Positions 13,121 through 25,640 of a stretch of DNA of 64,000 bases are shown piece by piece. A model generated the notes under the pieces. It made no database searches, had not been told where the DNA came from, and saw only the letters and a list, made by a program, of their open reading frames with translations. Source of the stretch: Chiloscyllium plagiosum (lineage: Eukaryota); contig NC_057718.1 in the NCBI RefSeq assembly GCF_004010195.1, positions 68,017,872 to 68,081,871 of the forward strand, written 5' to 3'. Both the position numbers and the translations under genes were made by a program. Every line of letters begins with the position of its first letter. The first letter of the stretch is position 1.

Positions 13121-13822
13121 GAGCAGGAGAAGAAAAATATCTATACAGCGTATTCAAGAATAACGGGTACCCGATAAACACAGTCTGCTGATTCTTAAAC
13201 AACAAACCCAAACAAGAAGACACAGCACACCTCGAGACTCTAGCCATATTACTATACATCAAAGACATCTCTGAGATGACTACAATACTACTCCGACCTC
13301 TTAGCATCATGGTAGCCCACAAACCTACCAACACACTGAAACAGCTACTGATGTACCTACCAACAACCAGCAACTCAAATGTTATATTCAAAATACCCTG
13401 CAAGGACTGCAACAAACACTACATCGAACAGATGGGCAAAAAACTAGCCACCAGGATACACAAGCACAGCTGGCCACCAGAAGGCATGACCAGCTTTCAC
13501 TAGTACCCTTACACACAGAGGAAGGAAGACATTGCTTTGACTGGGGCAACACATCCTTCCTAGGACAGGCTAAACAGAGGTATGCACGGGAATTCCTAGA
13601 GGCCTGGCATTCTAATCAGAACTCCATCAATAAACACATTGATTTGGACCCCATTTATCAACCTCTGTGAAAAAAAACCAGAAATTATTCACCCACCTTA
13701 AGAGACCAAGACACACAAATAGAAAGCAGAAGAAAACACCAATGCTCCAACAGAGGCTCACTGATTATGTTACCTGGCTGGCCTAGAACAAACCTACCAG
13801 CTCAGTGAGCAAACTTAGAACC
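13121..13822 (+). mobile_element. Penelope-like element, GIY-YIG endonuclease and 3' end (inverted relative to 12000-13120)
   Basis: SNVIFKIPCKDCNKHYIEQMGKKLATRIHKH and REFLEAWHS..SINKHIDLDPIY. Confidence 0.85.
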
Positions 13823-13824
13823 GA

Positions 13825-16150
13825 AGCCTTTCTTAAATAGTGGTACCATGTTAGCCAACCTCCAGTCTTCTGGTACCTCACCAATGGCTATCAAAGACAC
13901 AAATATCTCAGCAAGAGGTCCAGCAATCGCTTCCCAGATAGTTCTAGGGTACAACTGATCAGGTCCCAGGGATTTATCCACTTTTATGTGTTTGAACCGT
14001 TCAGCAGCACCTCCTCTGTAACATGGACATTTTTCAAGATGATGTTTATTTCTAAATGCAAATAGAATTAAGGAGAATCCAAAGGGTTTTTACAAATATA
14101 TTAAGGACAAAAGGGTAATGAGGGAGAGAATAGGGCCCCAAAGATCAGCAAGGTGGCCTTTGTGTGGGGCCACAGAAAATGGGGGAGATAATGAATATTT
14201 TGCATCAGTATTTACTGTGGAAAAGGGTATGGAAGATCTAGACTGTAGGAAATAGATGGTGACATCTTGCAAAATGTCCAGATTACAGAGGAGGAAGTGC
14301 TGGCTGTCTTGGAACAGTTAAAGGTGGATAAATCCCTAGGACCTGATCAGGTGTACCCGAGAACTCTGTGGGAAGCTAGAGAAGTGATTGCTGGGCCTCT
14401 TGCTGAGATATTTGTATCATTGATAGTCACAGGTGAGGTACCGGAAGACTGGAGGTTGGCCAACGTGGTTTAAGAAGGGCGGTAAAGACAAGCCAGGGAA
14501 CAATAGACCGGTGAGCCTGACCTCGGTGGTAGGCAAGTTGTTCGAGGGAATCCTGAGGGACAGGATGTACATGTATTTGGAAAGGCAAGGACTGATTAGG
14601 GATAGTCAACATGGCTTTGTGCGTGGGAAATCATGTCTCACAAACTTGTTTGAGTTTTTTGAAGAAGTAACAAAGAAGATTGATGAGGGCAGAGCAGTAG
14701 ATGTGATCTATATGGACCCCAGTAAGGTGTTCGATAAGTTTCCCCATGGGAGACTGGTTTGATCTCACGGAATACAGAGAGAACTAGCCATTTGGATACA
14801 GAACTGGCTCAAAACTAGAAGACAGAGGGTGGTGGTGGAGGATTGTTTTTCAGACTGGAGGCCTGTGACCAGTGGAGTGCCACAAGGAAGGGTGCTGGGC
14901 CCTCTACTTTTTGTCATTTACATAAATGATTTGGATGCGAGCATAAGAGGTACAGTTAGTAAGTTTGCAGATGACACCAAAATTGGAGGTGTAGTGGACA
15001 GGAAGAGGGTTACCTCAGATTACAACAGGATCTGGACCAGTGCGGCTGTACAGGACATTGGTTAGGCCACTGTTGGAATATTGCGTGCAATTCTTGTCTC
15101 CTTCCTATCGGAAGGATGTTGTGAAACTTGAAAGGGTTCAGAAAAGATTTACAAGTATGTTGCCAGGGTTGGAGGATTTGAGCTATAGGGAGAGGCTGAA
15201 TAGGCTGGGGCTGTTTTCCCTGGAGCGTCGGAGGCTGAGTGGTGACCTTATAGAGGTTTACAAAATTATGAGGGGCATGGATCGGATAAATAGACAAAGC
15301 CTTTTCCCTGGGGTCGGGGCGTCCAGAACTAAAGGGCATAGGTTTAGTGTGAGAGGGGAAAGATATAAAAGAGACCTACAGGGCAACATTTTCACGCAGA
15401 GGGTGATATGTGTATGGAATGAGCTGCCAGAGGATGTGGTGGAGGCAGGTACAATTGCAATATTTAAGAGACATTTGGATGGTTATATGAATAGGAAGGG
15501 TTTGGAGGGATATGGGCTGGGTGCTAGCAGGTGGGACTAGATTGGGTTGGGATATCTGGTTGGCATGGACGGGTTGGACCGAAGAGTCTGTTTCCATGCT
15601 GTACATCTCTATGAATCTATGTTCTATATATTCCATCTCCTCCTCCACAGTAAACACTGATGCAAAATACTCGTTTAGTATCTTCCCCCATCTCTTGCAG
15701 TTCCACACATAGGCGGCCTTGCTGATCTTTGAGGGACCCTACCACCTCCCGAGTCACTCTTTTGTCCTTCGTTATTTGTAGAATCCCTTTGGATTCTCTT
15801 TAACCATCTTTGCCAAAGCTATCTCATGTCCCCCTTTTGCCCTCTTGATTTCCCTCTTAAGTATACTCTTACAGCCTTTATACTTCTTTTTTAGGGATTC
15901 ACTCGATCACTGCTGTTGAGATCTGACATATGCTTCCTTCTTTTTCTTCACTAAAGCCTCACTTTCACTAGTCAACTATCACCCCCACACCTACCAGCCT
16001 TGCCTTTCACGCTAACAGGAAGATACTGTGTCTAAACTCTCATCATCTCATTTTTGAAGGCTTCCCATCTTCCTGCCGTCATTTGATCCACCTTCAATCA
16101 ACATTCGAAAGTTCTTGCTAATTGGTTAAAATTGACTTCCTCCATTTAGG
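13825..16150 (-). mobile_element. Host CR1 fragment (minus strand; 13825-14053 and 15625-16150) interrupted by a + strand CR1
   Basis: Minus-strand ORF2 remnants (ILNEYFASVFTVEE, EDWRLANMVPLFK) are colinear across the insertion; short TTCTA duplication at both junctions. Confidence 0.75.
14054..15624 (+). mobile_element. CR1 LINE, 5'-truncated, RT to 3' tail
   Basis: RPVSLTSVVGK, QHGFVRGKSCLTNL, SGVPQG..LGPLLF, FADDTK motifs; (TCTATG) tail. Confidence 0.92.
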
Positions 16151-16519
16151 GGTCAGATGAATTCTTCACAAAAGATCCAGGCCAAAACCTAAAGTTAGCA
16201 GAGAATGTAATGAGAAAAAAAAATACTTTATATGAAAGACTTTATATGGCTGTTTATATGAAAGAATACTCAAATATTTCCTATTGGTCTTAAATAGCAA
16301 GCAGGGAGCAAGAAGTAGGTGGGGCCTGTTAAGTCAGGGAGGCTAACATCGATGATTTTATAAACATATTCAGACATATTCTGATACACCTCTCGAGCAG
16401 ATGGGACTTGAACCTGGACCTTTTGTCTCAGAAATAGGGACACTGCAAGAGTCCCGTAGGGTTTCGGAGAGACGCAGAAAATCAGAATATTTAATGAGTA
16501 CTTTAGCAAAATATTGTGG

Positions 16520-16800
16520 AAGCTGAAAACTAAAAAGAAACAACAGAGCTGGAAATATTCAGTTTACCAGACAGTTTCTGTGGAGAGAAACTGAGTTAAC
16601 ATTTCTGAAATAAAAACAGACATTGGAGGAGAACCTCAGCAGGTCTGGCAGCATCTGCAAAAGAAAGCAGCGTTAGTGTTTCGGATCTAGTTAGTTCTGA
16701 AGAAGGGTCACTAAACCTGAAATGTTGACTCTGCTTTCTGTGCACAGATGTTGCCAGACCTATTGAGATTCTCCAGAAATTTGTCTTTGGATACTAGAAA
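16520..16800. mobile_element. PLE-derived fold-back fragment(s) with decayed hammerhead
   Basis: AGGTCTGGCAGCATCTG / CAGATGTTGCCAGACCT inverted arms; AGTT-CTGAAGA-A-GGGT..ACCT-GAAATGTT-GACT at 16693-16730. Confidence 0.65.
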
Positions 16801-17512
16801 TCTAGAACACACTTCTTTGTTTTTGCTTATAATTTCGCAAAACTTAAACTTAATCCAACTTCTCAAAGATGGGAAGCAGTAAATGAGCCCATCCCTGAAA
16901 TCAGTTTGCATATACATAAGGTCTGCTTCTCTTTGCCCTCCATCTTTAGTGGCCCTTGTGCTGGGTTAGGCTGTGCAGATCATTCATTTCAGTTGCCGGA
17001 ACTTAAACTGAAATCCTACTAATACAAAAACAACATTATGGTTGGGAGAGAGAGAGATTAATTGTCAACTCAGAATTTAAGCTTGGCTTGAATACAAGCC
17101 TTAGAGGGACATTAGTGAGCCAATCCGTTCCCGGAACCATGATTTTTACAACTCAAAACTCAATATAGTGTGCTAGAAGTAGATTAAATGCTTCAAGGAT
17201 CTGAATCTTGATAATCTTGCTTTATAACCCATTCGAGATCCTACATGTGACATAACTTAAATGCTATCTTTAAATAGTCCATAGTCTGTTCTTTTTAAAG
17301 TGTTCAGACCACTTAAGATTAAATTTATCTTTATCATAAGCAGCAAAAACAAGGCAAGGCTGCCCTTAAATTCCTAATGGTCTTCAAAACTGCTTCCTGT
17401 GAGAAGTTCTTCACTCTAGAAACGTGCATGTGGGTCTTATGTGGTTGTTGAATATTCCATGTTGGCCAGCTGATCTGTGTTGGTCAGGCATCTGTCAGTC
17501 AGTCAAAGGCTG

Positions 17513-17780
17513 TTATGGTGCAGCAGTAATGTGCCTACCTTTGAGCCAGGAAGTCCAGGTTTAAGTCCCACCTACTCCAAAGATGTAGAATAACATTTCT
17601 CAATGGTTTGATCAGAAATTATCTTCAGTCAGTTTAGTTTAATCACTTCACCTGATGAATAACAGATGGTTTGAATTGTTTTTCATCATCCGTTTCAAAT
17701 ATATTATGACTCTCCTCTGGGGCAGGTGGAACTCAAACCGGAACTTTGAGGTAGGGATACAACCACTGGGGCACAAGATC
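17513..17780. mobile_element. Two short tRNA-derived SINE copies in inverted orientation
   Basis: GGTTTAAGTCCCACCTACTCCA (+) and CAGGTGGAACTCAAACC (-); related copies at ~16370-16450 (-) and ~24530-24640 (+). Confidence 0.55.
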
Positions 17781-18129
17781 CTGGCTCAACAGATCTTATG
17801 TCAACAGATTGTAAATCAGTTAAAACAGTAATACAATTCAGTCCGATTTCTCTGAGTCAGTATATCTTTGCTGTTAAATTTATATTCCATAAATTATTGA
17901 AATAAAATTACATGAATTTTTTCCCACCTGTAATCTGTATTTGCTGCTACTCAAGATTTGATGCAGTTTAATATATATTAGTATTTGCATTCACAGATTA
18001 TTTTAATGTATATGTATATACTGAATTTTTTTTTAGCTCTTATTTCTCTTGTCTCCCAAAGGCTGTGGCTTACACCACGGTGCCATTCTGGGAATCTTAA
18101 TACTTTGCCTCATGATCTGAATGTATGGT

Positions 18130-18400
18130 CTAGGCTCACACTTCAATGCAGTATTTTCTTTTAAATGTTGCGTTGTTCGAGGTGCATCTTTTCACTAAGA
18201 ACTTAAACCGAGGCTTCATATGCCTTTTTAAATTAGCATGAAAATTGCTTACCTCCTTCTGCTGACCAAACTCTCACTCCTCACCCTCTCCTTGACCAAA
18301 AGCACCAAGCCAGGTATTGTTTCATTTGTTGTTTTGGAATTGGTTTTCATGTTTGGTGACGGAACAGTGACTGCGTTTGAAAATAAATGCGTAGAATACT
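18130..18400 (+). mobile_element. Deu-domain SINE remnant
   Basis: GAGGTGCATCTTTTC...TTAAACCGAGGC Deu-like core; another remnant at ~53470-53550. Confidence 0.45.
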
Positions 18401-18892
18401 TGTGAACGTACCCAGGAATTGAAAGAGAACATATAAATGTTATTTTCTAGCTTCATGTATGAGCCTGGTCTGAGTGGTGTGATTAGGAGAATGGAGGTCT
18501 ATCACTGTAAACTTAATTCTGTCTCTAAACAGAAATTAATAACTGGATTGCTTTGCAGGGAACTGACACGGACTCGATGAGTTGAATGGCCATATTTGAT
18601 GTAGTAAATAACAGTCTAATTACAGTTGGATGGGACCCCTTGCTGATTCATTCCCATCATATTCAAAATGTTAAAATATGAAGATACAGTCCTGTTGAGA
18701 TCAGGGTTATATCAGAATATTATAAATTTGTATTCCATGTATCCCACAACATGCATTGCATATGTCCATAGAGATATGTAGTGATTTTGTTTCAGTTATT
18801 TTCATTGATCTCCTCCCTTCTTGGTAAAGATGCTGAATCGTGCCGTCATACTTTTCTATAACTGTCAAAAAACCTCCAGTATTTCTATCTTT

Positions 18893-19216
18893 TTAGATTA
18901 GATAACATTACATTAGTGTGGAAACAGGCCCTTCGGCCCAACAAGTCCACACCGACCCGCCGAAGCACAACCCACCCATACCCCTACCCCTATATTTACA
19001 CTTACCCCTTACCTAACACTACAGGCAATTTAATATGGCCAATTCACCTAACCTGCACATCTTTGGACTGTGGGAGGAAACCGGCGCACCCGGAGGAAAC
19101 CCACGCAGACACGGGGAGAACGTGCAAACTCCACACAGTCAGTCGCCTGAGGCGGGAATTGAACTGAGGTCTCTGGCGCTGTGAGGCAGCAGTGCTAACC
19201 ACTGTGCCACCGCGCC
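18893..19216 (-). mobile_element. Full-length HE1/V-SINE
   Basis: Reverse complement has a tRNA head (GGTGGCACAGTGGTTAGCAC, GTTCAATTC), V-domain and (TAATC) tail; CpGs retained, so young. Confidence 0.92.
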
Positions 19217-19314
19217 AGATCTTCTTGTTTATACCTGAAACTCGAGTGTCAACAAGCAAGTTGGAGAACAATCTCAACCAAGGCAAATGCTTTGTTCACC
19301 AATGTCTACTCAGA

Positions 19315-19790
19315 TTGCACAAAGGTTTACAAGGATGTTGTCACGGGTGGAGGATTTGAGCTTTAGGGAGAGACTGAATAGGCTGGGGCTGTTTTCCCTG
19401 AAGTGTCGGAGGCTGAGTGGTGACCTTATAGAGGTTTATAAAATCATGAGGGGCACGAATAGGATAAATAGACAAAGTCTTTTATCTGGGGTGGGGGAAA
19501 TCCAGAACTAGAGGGTTTAGACTGAGAGGAGAAAGATATAAAACTGACCTTACGGACAACTTTTTCACATGGAGCGTGGTGAGTGTATGGAATGGGCTGT
19601 CAAAGGAAGTGATGGAGGCTGGTACAATTGTAACATTTAAAAGGCATCTGGATGGGAATATGAATAGGAAGGGTAAAGAGGGATGTGGGCCAGTGCTGGC
19701 AAATGGGACTAGATTAGTTTGGGCTATCTGGTCGGCATGGATGAGTTGGACTGAAGGATCTGTTTCCGTGCTATTCATCTCTCCGACTCT
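19315..19790 (+). mobile_element. CR1 LINE 3' end
   Basis: QRFTRML..ERLNRLGLFSL..RRLSGDLIEVYKIMRG; same subfamily as 14054-15624. Confidence 0.88.
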
Positions 19791-21377
19791 AATTTTGACA
19801 CTCTTACAGATATACTACAGTATAATTCCATAGGGCTTCCTTCTCACAACCTCTCAGTTTGTAAAAATAAAGAATGAAATGACCAATGAAGGGAAACTAC
19901 TGTTTATGATTGCATGGTGCATTAAAGTGAAGTATGGTCCAGCAGGAAACTCAGAAGAAAAAATCATGCTGAATTCTTTGAACATTTGCAATTAGTTATC
20001 TTGATTTTTTTTCTCTTTAAGTTATGAAAGCTATCAAAGTCTCATGTGAAATTACAAAATATTCCATTTTGATGTGAAATATTCCATTTCTATGAAAGCC
20101 TATGAAAAGTTGGTCCATTTTCCACCATCCTTTAAATAAGTTTGCACAGTCTAAGAACCTGCAATTAACAAGTCAGTGGTGTGACCTTAACTTAATAACG
20201 TCCTGTTACACTGTGTGTAACCTAAGGATGCTCAGCGTAAGCTTCCAGCTATACAACAAAAATTACCTTGTAAAGATGTTTTCGTCCCCAACTGCACAGT
20301 TTGGAAAAGCTCTTCAATGTATGCATGTTTTCATAATCTCAGAATCCTAAAACACCTGCAACAAAGGCAGCCATTCAGACCTTCATGCTTGTGTTACTCT
20401 TACAGCTGTCATTCCTCGTCCCATATTCATAATTTTGACCATAATCCCTAAATGTCTCATCCTAAAATATCTGTCCAGCTGCTTTATTTCTGGAATCTTT
20501 TTCTACCTTTTTTTCCAGTAAGAGTATTCCAGCTCCTAAAAACACTGAATGAAAAAAGAATTTCACCATCTGCTCTCGAAACATTAAGCTAATGATTTGA
20601 ATGAATGACCTCTCACTTTTGACCCATGCACCATAGGGGATAGGCTTTGTTAGAATTGGTCAAGAAACAAATCATTATCTTGAAAATCTCTATTAGGTGT
20701 TTCTTTTTAGACTTCTGTACCGAGGAGAGTGATCCTAACTTTACCAATCCCTCCTCATTATTGAAGTCCTACTTCCCAGGTAAGACTTTTATATCTTTCA
20801 TGAAATGTAGTGCCTAGAATTCCCTTGGAACTGAGGCTGATTCGGTAATGTTCTTTTAAGTTATTTCTTAGTAAGGCATATACATTGTGGAGTGCTAATT
20901 TTCTATTTGTCAGTGGATAGTGTGCTGAATATATTCTGAAGGTCGTCTTTTAATGCCACAGTACATTGGGTAAGATTTCCTAAAATATTGTACTGGTATT
21001 TACTGACAGAGGGTTGATGAGGCTTACAAAGTTTTATAAATAATCCAACTCTCATTTAAGATGTTGCATGAGATTCTGTTTTTATGCATTTCTTTTTTAG
21101 CCAAGAAATCTTGAAAGAAACACTTAACTGACATGTTTTTTGCAGTATAACTCTTTATAAATAACATATATGAAATGTTCCACAGGGTAAATTCGTATTT
21201 ATTTATTGTTTGAGATAAATGCAGCAGTGCCTTAATGTGTTTTTACATATATTCAGAGGTACTGTGTTTAAGACAATATTTGAGGTCCACTCATAAGCGA
21301 TAATTATGCTGAAGTACCCAAGCAGGATAAACCAAAATTGCTCATTGAGATCAAAATTTGCTCGTGCAGTGTCATAG

Positions 21378-21471
21378 CTGAAAATGTGTTGCTGGAAAAG
21401 CGCAGCAGGTCAGGCAGCATCCAGGGAACAGGAGAATCGACGTTTCGGGCATAAGCCCTTCTTCAGGAACC
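21378..21471 (-). mobile_element. 94-nt PLE-derived insert with intact minimal hammerhead core
   Basis: 17-bp TSD CTCGTGCAGTGTCATAG at 21361-21377 and 21472-21488; near-identical to 50454-50539. Confidence 0.88.
21439..21466 (-). ncRNA. Minimal type I hammerhead ribozyme motif
   Basis: CTGAAGA-A-GGGC-TTAT-GCCC-GAAACGTC: CUGANGA and GAAA boxes, stem II, palindromic ACGU stem III, GUC site. Confidence 0.7.
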
Positions 21472-22139
21472 CTCGTGCAGTGTCATAGACTTGTAACAAT
21501 TTTGCCAGGGAAGGAAGAGTTCATGGCAAGAGGCAGCAATGTCCATAAAGTTTCTTTACCCCCACCATCCCTCCCATTTTGTCTATCCAGGAGCTGGTAA
21601 AAATACTGCATTTATATCACTTAATGTTTTTGCAACATTGACAGTCCATTTTCCATCCATAGTCTCTCATTTTTACTAACTTCTCAAGCTGTTGAACTAT
21701 TATTTGAAGTCATGCTTTTTTTTTAAACTGTAAATATGTGTTCAGGTTTGGTTTAATTTGGTTCCTCCCCAGCAGTGAAACCTCTAAATTTGGTGTCCGG
21801 GCTAGCTCCATAACAAATCACTTTGTATAAACATCATTCCATCTCCTGATGAATGCTGACAGGGCTTGACTTTCATTTAATGGATTCATTTATGCTGGCA
21901 AGAAAGATTTTTGTAAAGCCTGGGCACTAATTTGTGGCAATTCTGTTCCAGGAACAGATCAGAAATCAAAATGCTTTAGAATCTTAACCATTCCTTAATA
22001 CTATGACCATTAAGCCATGTAACATTTTAGTCTGTTGGTTGGGAAACATTTCTGTCATGTTCAAAACAGCATTTATTTTATAGGTAAGAACTAGAATACT
22101 CCATATGAGTCTTCCAGACTATGCACTATTGAACAGGAG

Positions 22140-22385
22140 CATGACTGATGTTTTACCTCAACAGCCTTTTGCACTATCCCCACATCCCTTTTATTTCCTT
22201 CCTACCTAAAAATCTACCAGCCTGTATCTTGAATATGCTCAAACTAAACATCTGCAGTTCTTGGATGCAGAGAATTCGAAAGATTCATAACTCTGTGAAT
22301 GAAATTGATCCTCATATCAGTCCTAAATGCCCTGTTCTGAGTCTGTGACATCATGCTCAAGATTCCCAAGTCGGGGAAACTAGAT
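22140..22385 (-). mobile_element. Old CR1 3' end
   Basis: Minus strand FRTDMRINF..RVMNL.NSL remnants. Confidence 0.55.
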
Positions 22386-22696
22386 TTTAATCTGGATGCT
22401 TTTTTTAAAATGTAAATTGTCCAGTTAGATTTGATTTTCATAATGATATGATTTTTCATAAACTCGTTGACAGTTGAAGTTGTAATTTTTGTGGTAAGCT
22501 CTAGGTTTGTGACAACAGAAGCTGTGAATGTGGCATGGAAATAGAATTCCTCTTCATGAGTAAAAATGGAGAATGCAGCAAGATAGTTCACTTTAGAAAT
22601 TTAACACTATTTCAATTGAGGAACTTTGCACTTTTGAAATTTTTGCTATAAATGTGTTCTTTAAGTATTCCTTTAAACAAAGCAAGAAAAGTTTGA

Positions 22697-23346
22697 GAGA
22701 AGATTTGTAACTCGGGTGCTCGTTGCTGTGGTTCTGTTCGCCGAGCTGGAAGTTTTTGTTGCAAACGTTTCGTCCCCTGTCTAGGTGACATCCTCAGTGC
22801 TTGGGAGCCTCCTGTGAAGCGCTTCTGTGGTGTTTCCTCCGGCATTTATAGTGACCTGTCCCTGCCGCTTCCGGTTGTCAGTTTCAGCTGTCCGCTGTAT
22901 TGTCCAGGTCGATGTGTTTGTTGATGGAGTTTGTGGATGAGTGCCATACTTCTAGGAATTCCCTGGCTGTTCTTTGTTTGGCTTGCCCTATAATGGTAGT
23001 GTTGTCCCAGTCGAATTCATGTTGCTTGTCGTCTGCGTGTGTGGCGACTGGGACAATACTATCATTATAGGGCAAGCCAAACAAAGAACAGCCAGGGAAT
23101 TCCTAGAAGCATGGCACTCATCCACAAACTCCATCAACAAACACATCGACCTGGACCCAATATACCGGACAATACAGCGGACAGCTGAAACTGACAACCG
23201 GAAGCGGCAGGGACAGGCCACTATAAATGCCGGAGGAAACACCACAGAAGCGCTTCACAGGAGGCTCCCAAGCACTGAGGATGTCACCTAGACAGGGAAT
23301 GAAACGTTTGCAACAAAAACTTCCAGCTCGGCGAACAGAACCACAG
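22697..23346. mobile_element. Young Penelope-like fold-back insertion (GIY-YIG C-terminus + 3' region in both orientations)
   Basis: 19-bp direct repeat CAAAGCAAGAAAAGTTTGA at 22678-22696 and 23347-23365; arms 22723-23013 and 23045-23349; FDWDNTTIIGQAKQRTAREFLEAWHS. Confidence 0.92.
22761..22800 (-). ncRNA. Minimal hammerhead motif (antisense copy; the sense copy at 23272-23311 has stem II mismatches)
   Basis: GCA-CTGAGGA-T-GTCACC-TAGACA-GGGGAC-GAAACGTT-TGC. Confidence 0.65.
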
Positions 23347-23615
23347 CAAAGCAAGAAAAGTTTGAAATTTAAGTGTTTGACTTTAAAGCTGAGGTTCTTC
23401 AGGAATTGTTTTAAGATTCAAAGTCTAGAAGCTGTTCCCAAGTCTCAGTTCTTCAAAACATTAGTTGATGGCTCTGTTTGTTGTAATATAAAGTTTGTAT
23501 AGGAGTCATAACTAGTTTACATGGAGAACAGTTATGACCTCTCAGTTTTCCAACCATAGATAACTCATAACTGGCTGTCATATAAGCAATCTGTTTCAAT
23601 TATGTTTTGTTTTAG

Positions 23616-23955
23616 GTAATTATCCAAGACCGCCAAATTATGGTGTAATACCGAGCACCAACTACAGTGGTCCAGGCCCAGGCATGGGTAGCAACATAAG
23701 TGTGAATATGAGTAACCAGATGCATGGTCAGGGTCCAGCTCAACCTTGCAGTAACATGACTATGGGGAGAATGCCATCATCAGGGATGTCGAACTGGCCG
23801 TACTCTGGCAACATGGGAAATATGACCCCAAACTCTCCAAACATGTCACAGCAGGTTGGCGCAGGAATGGGTCCACCCATGGCAACTGTAAATCGCAAGG
23901 CGCAGGAGGCTGCTGCTGCAGTGATGCAGGCTGCAGCAAACTCTGCTCAAAACAG
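23616..23955 (+). CDS. ARID1B: ARID1B internal coding exon (340 nt, phase 1-2): (G)NYPRPPNYG...GPGPGMG...[11 protein letters not shown]...[30 protein letters not shown](R)
   Basis: TTTTGTTTTAG acceptor, CAG|GTATGC donor; phase matches the 1423-1602 exon; [22 protein letters not shown] is characteristic of ARID1B. Confidence 0.96.
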
Positions 23956-24725
23956 GTATGCAAAAAAAAGCTTGGTCTCTGAACACAAGACTAGAATCTC
24001 TATACTTTTTAACATAACCAATCTAATGAAAAGGCATTAATGAAAACAGTATTGTTAGACTTTCATTTAAACTCTGCGTAAACATCAATCCTAAATTGCT
24101 GCTACTTTCTCTGATTATATGTATGTGGCTGATATTTAGACAGAGTACCATTTAGTCATACTTTGAAAAGCTAGCTTTAACTTTAAAATTTGTACTTTAT
24201 ATTTGTGCTTTGTTAGATGTTAAATTTGTGTGTGTAATTTGGGGAAAAAAAAGCAATTGAATGATGCTGAACAACATATGTGTGAAGAGATTTAAGTTGT
24301 TGGGTCTCACGTATTTTAAACCTTAGCTGCAAAAAAAGAATTTCTGCCTTGATGCAGTCAGATGCAGCAAGTTTTTCAGTTTTGTTAGCTCTCAGCTGGA
24401 ACACAGTGCAGTGTATTTGAGGCATTTCATTTGGGAGGAAAGATATACCTGACCTAGCATGCAGTTTCTCAGTTATTCTTTCTTGGCTAATCCTAAACAA
24501 TATTGTTATCATTCAAAAGAAGAGCTTATTAAAGACTTGGTTGAGGGCTCTTGTCCCTACCACTGGGCTGGAAGGCTTGACTTCAAGTTCCACCTGCTCC
24601 AGAGGTGTGTCATAACACATCTGATCCGATTGATTAAAATGGCTATTAGAGACTTGCTTTCACGTCATTCTTTTGGCTAAGGGTGAGAAGAGTGACTGAA
24701 AATACATGGGCATGATTTTTCTTGA

Positions 24726-24904
24726 CACAAAAACAGAAATTGCTGGAAAATCCAGTAGGTCTGGTAGCATTCTGAAGAAGGATCACTAGACCCAAAACAT
24801 TAAATCTGATTTCTTTCCATAGACGTTGCCAGACCTGCTAAGTTTTTTACAGCAATTTCTGTTTTTGTTTGTGATTTCCAACAGCTGCTGTTCTTTTGGT
24901 TTTT
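24726..24904. mobile_element. PLE-derived fold-back mini-insert
   Basis: Near-TSD ATGATTTTTC(C)TTGA at ~24712 and ~24905; inverted arms; hammerhead core at ~24766-24800 with G12>A. Confidence 0.65.
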
Positions 24905-25640
24905 ATGATTTTTCCTTGATTTACTTTATCCTTATTGTGCTGTGATAAATTGACATGTGGATGATAGCTGCAAAAAACTGAAGATAAGTGGATGCCTTAA
25001 TGCAACTTGTCTGCCTTCCAAATTAAATTGTCTTAACAACGATAGTAGTGATTGTTAAACAAAATTTGTTTTGACTAAATGTCGTAATTCTATTTAAATT
25101 CCAAAACACACTATAAAATGCTTTTCCATTCAGATAGTCAGCTATGGAGTTGATATTTCCCACTGGGTGTTTCTCTCAAGCAGAAAGTTATAGAAGCAAC
25201 TTATAATAGAAGTCACTCATCTCCACATATTCTCTGCTTTTAGTCATCTCAGCATAATGAAAAGTCCTCCCTCTTGAAATGCTATTCCATTTGCTTTGTA
25301 AAGCTTATACAGCTATGTGTTTCTTCAGATTCTGGTAGCAAATGATGACAAAATTACTTTAGCATATCCCATAATTCAGTTGTGACTAGTGGTGTTCTCT
25401 GCTTAGAAATGCATATATTTATAAAAATTTGGTAGAGTTGAATTAATAGGGCATGCATCTCAGAATTTCTGATTAGAAACAAATCAATAACCATAAAATC
25501 CCAGTAAATGAATAATTTCATTTGAAAAATTCTTCCCAAAATGTTTTGCCTTCATCTCTGTGCAAGAAAACAGTTAAAATAATACAGGAAATTTAATATT
25601 CAATTAACATTTTGTTTTAAAAAATTCTCAAGGTCAGGTT

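Noticed and set aside
19140..19216. tRNA genes at SINE heads (also 2325, 17513, 44659)
   Set aside because: A/B-box heads continue into SINE bodies; no complete cloverleaf seen
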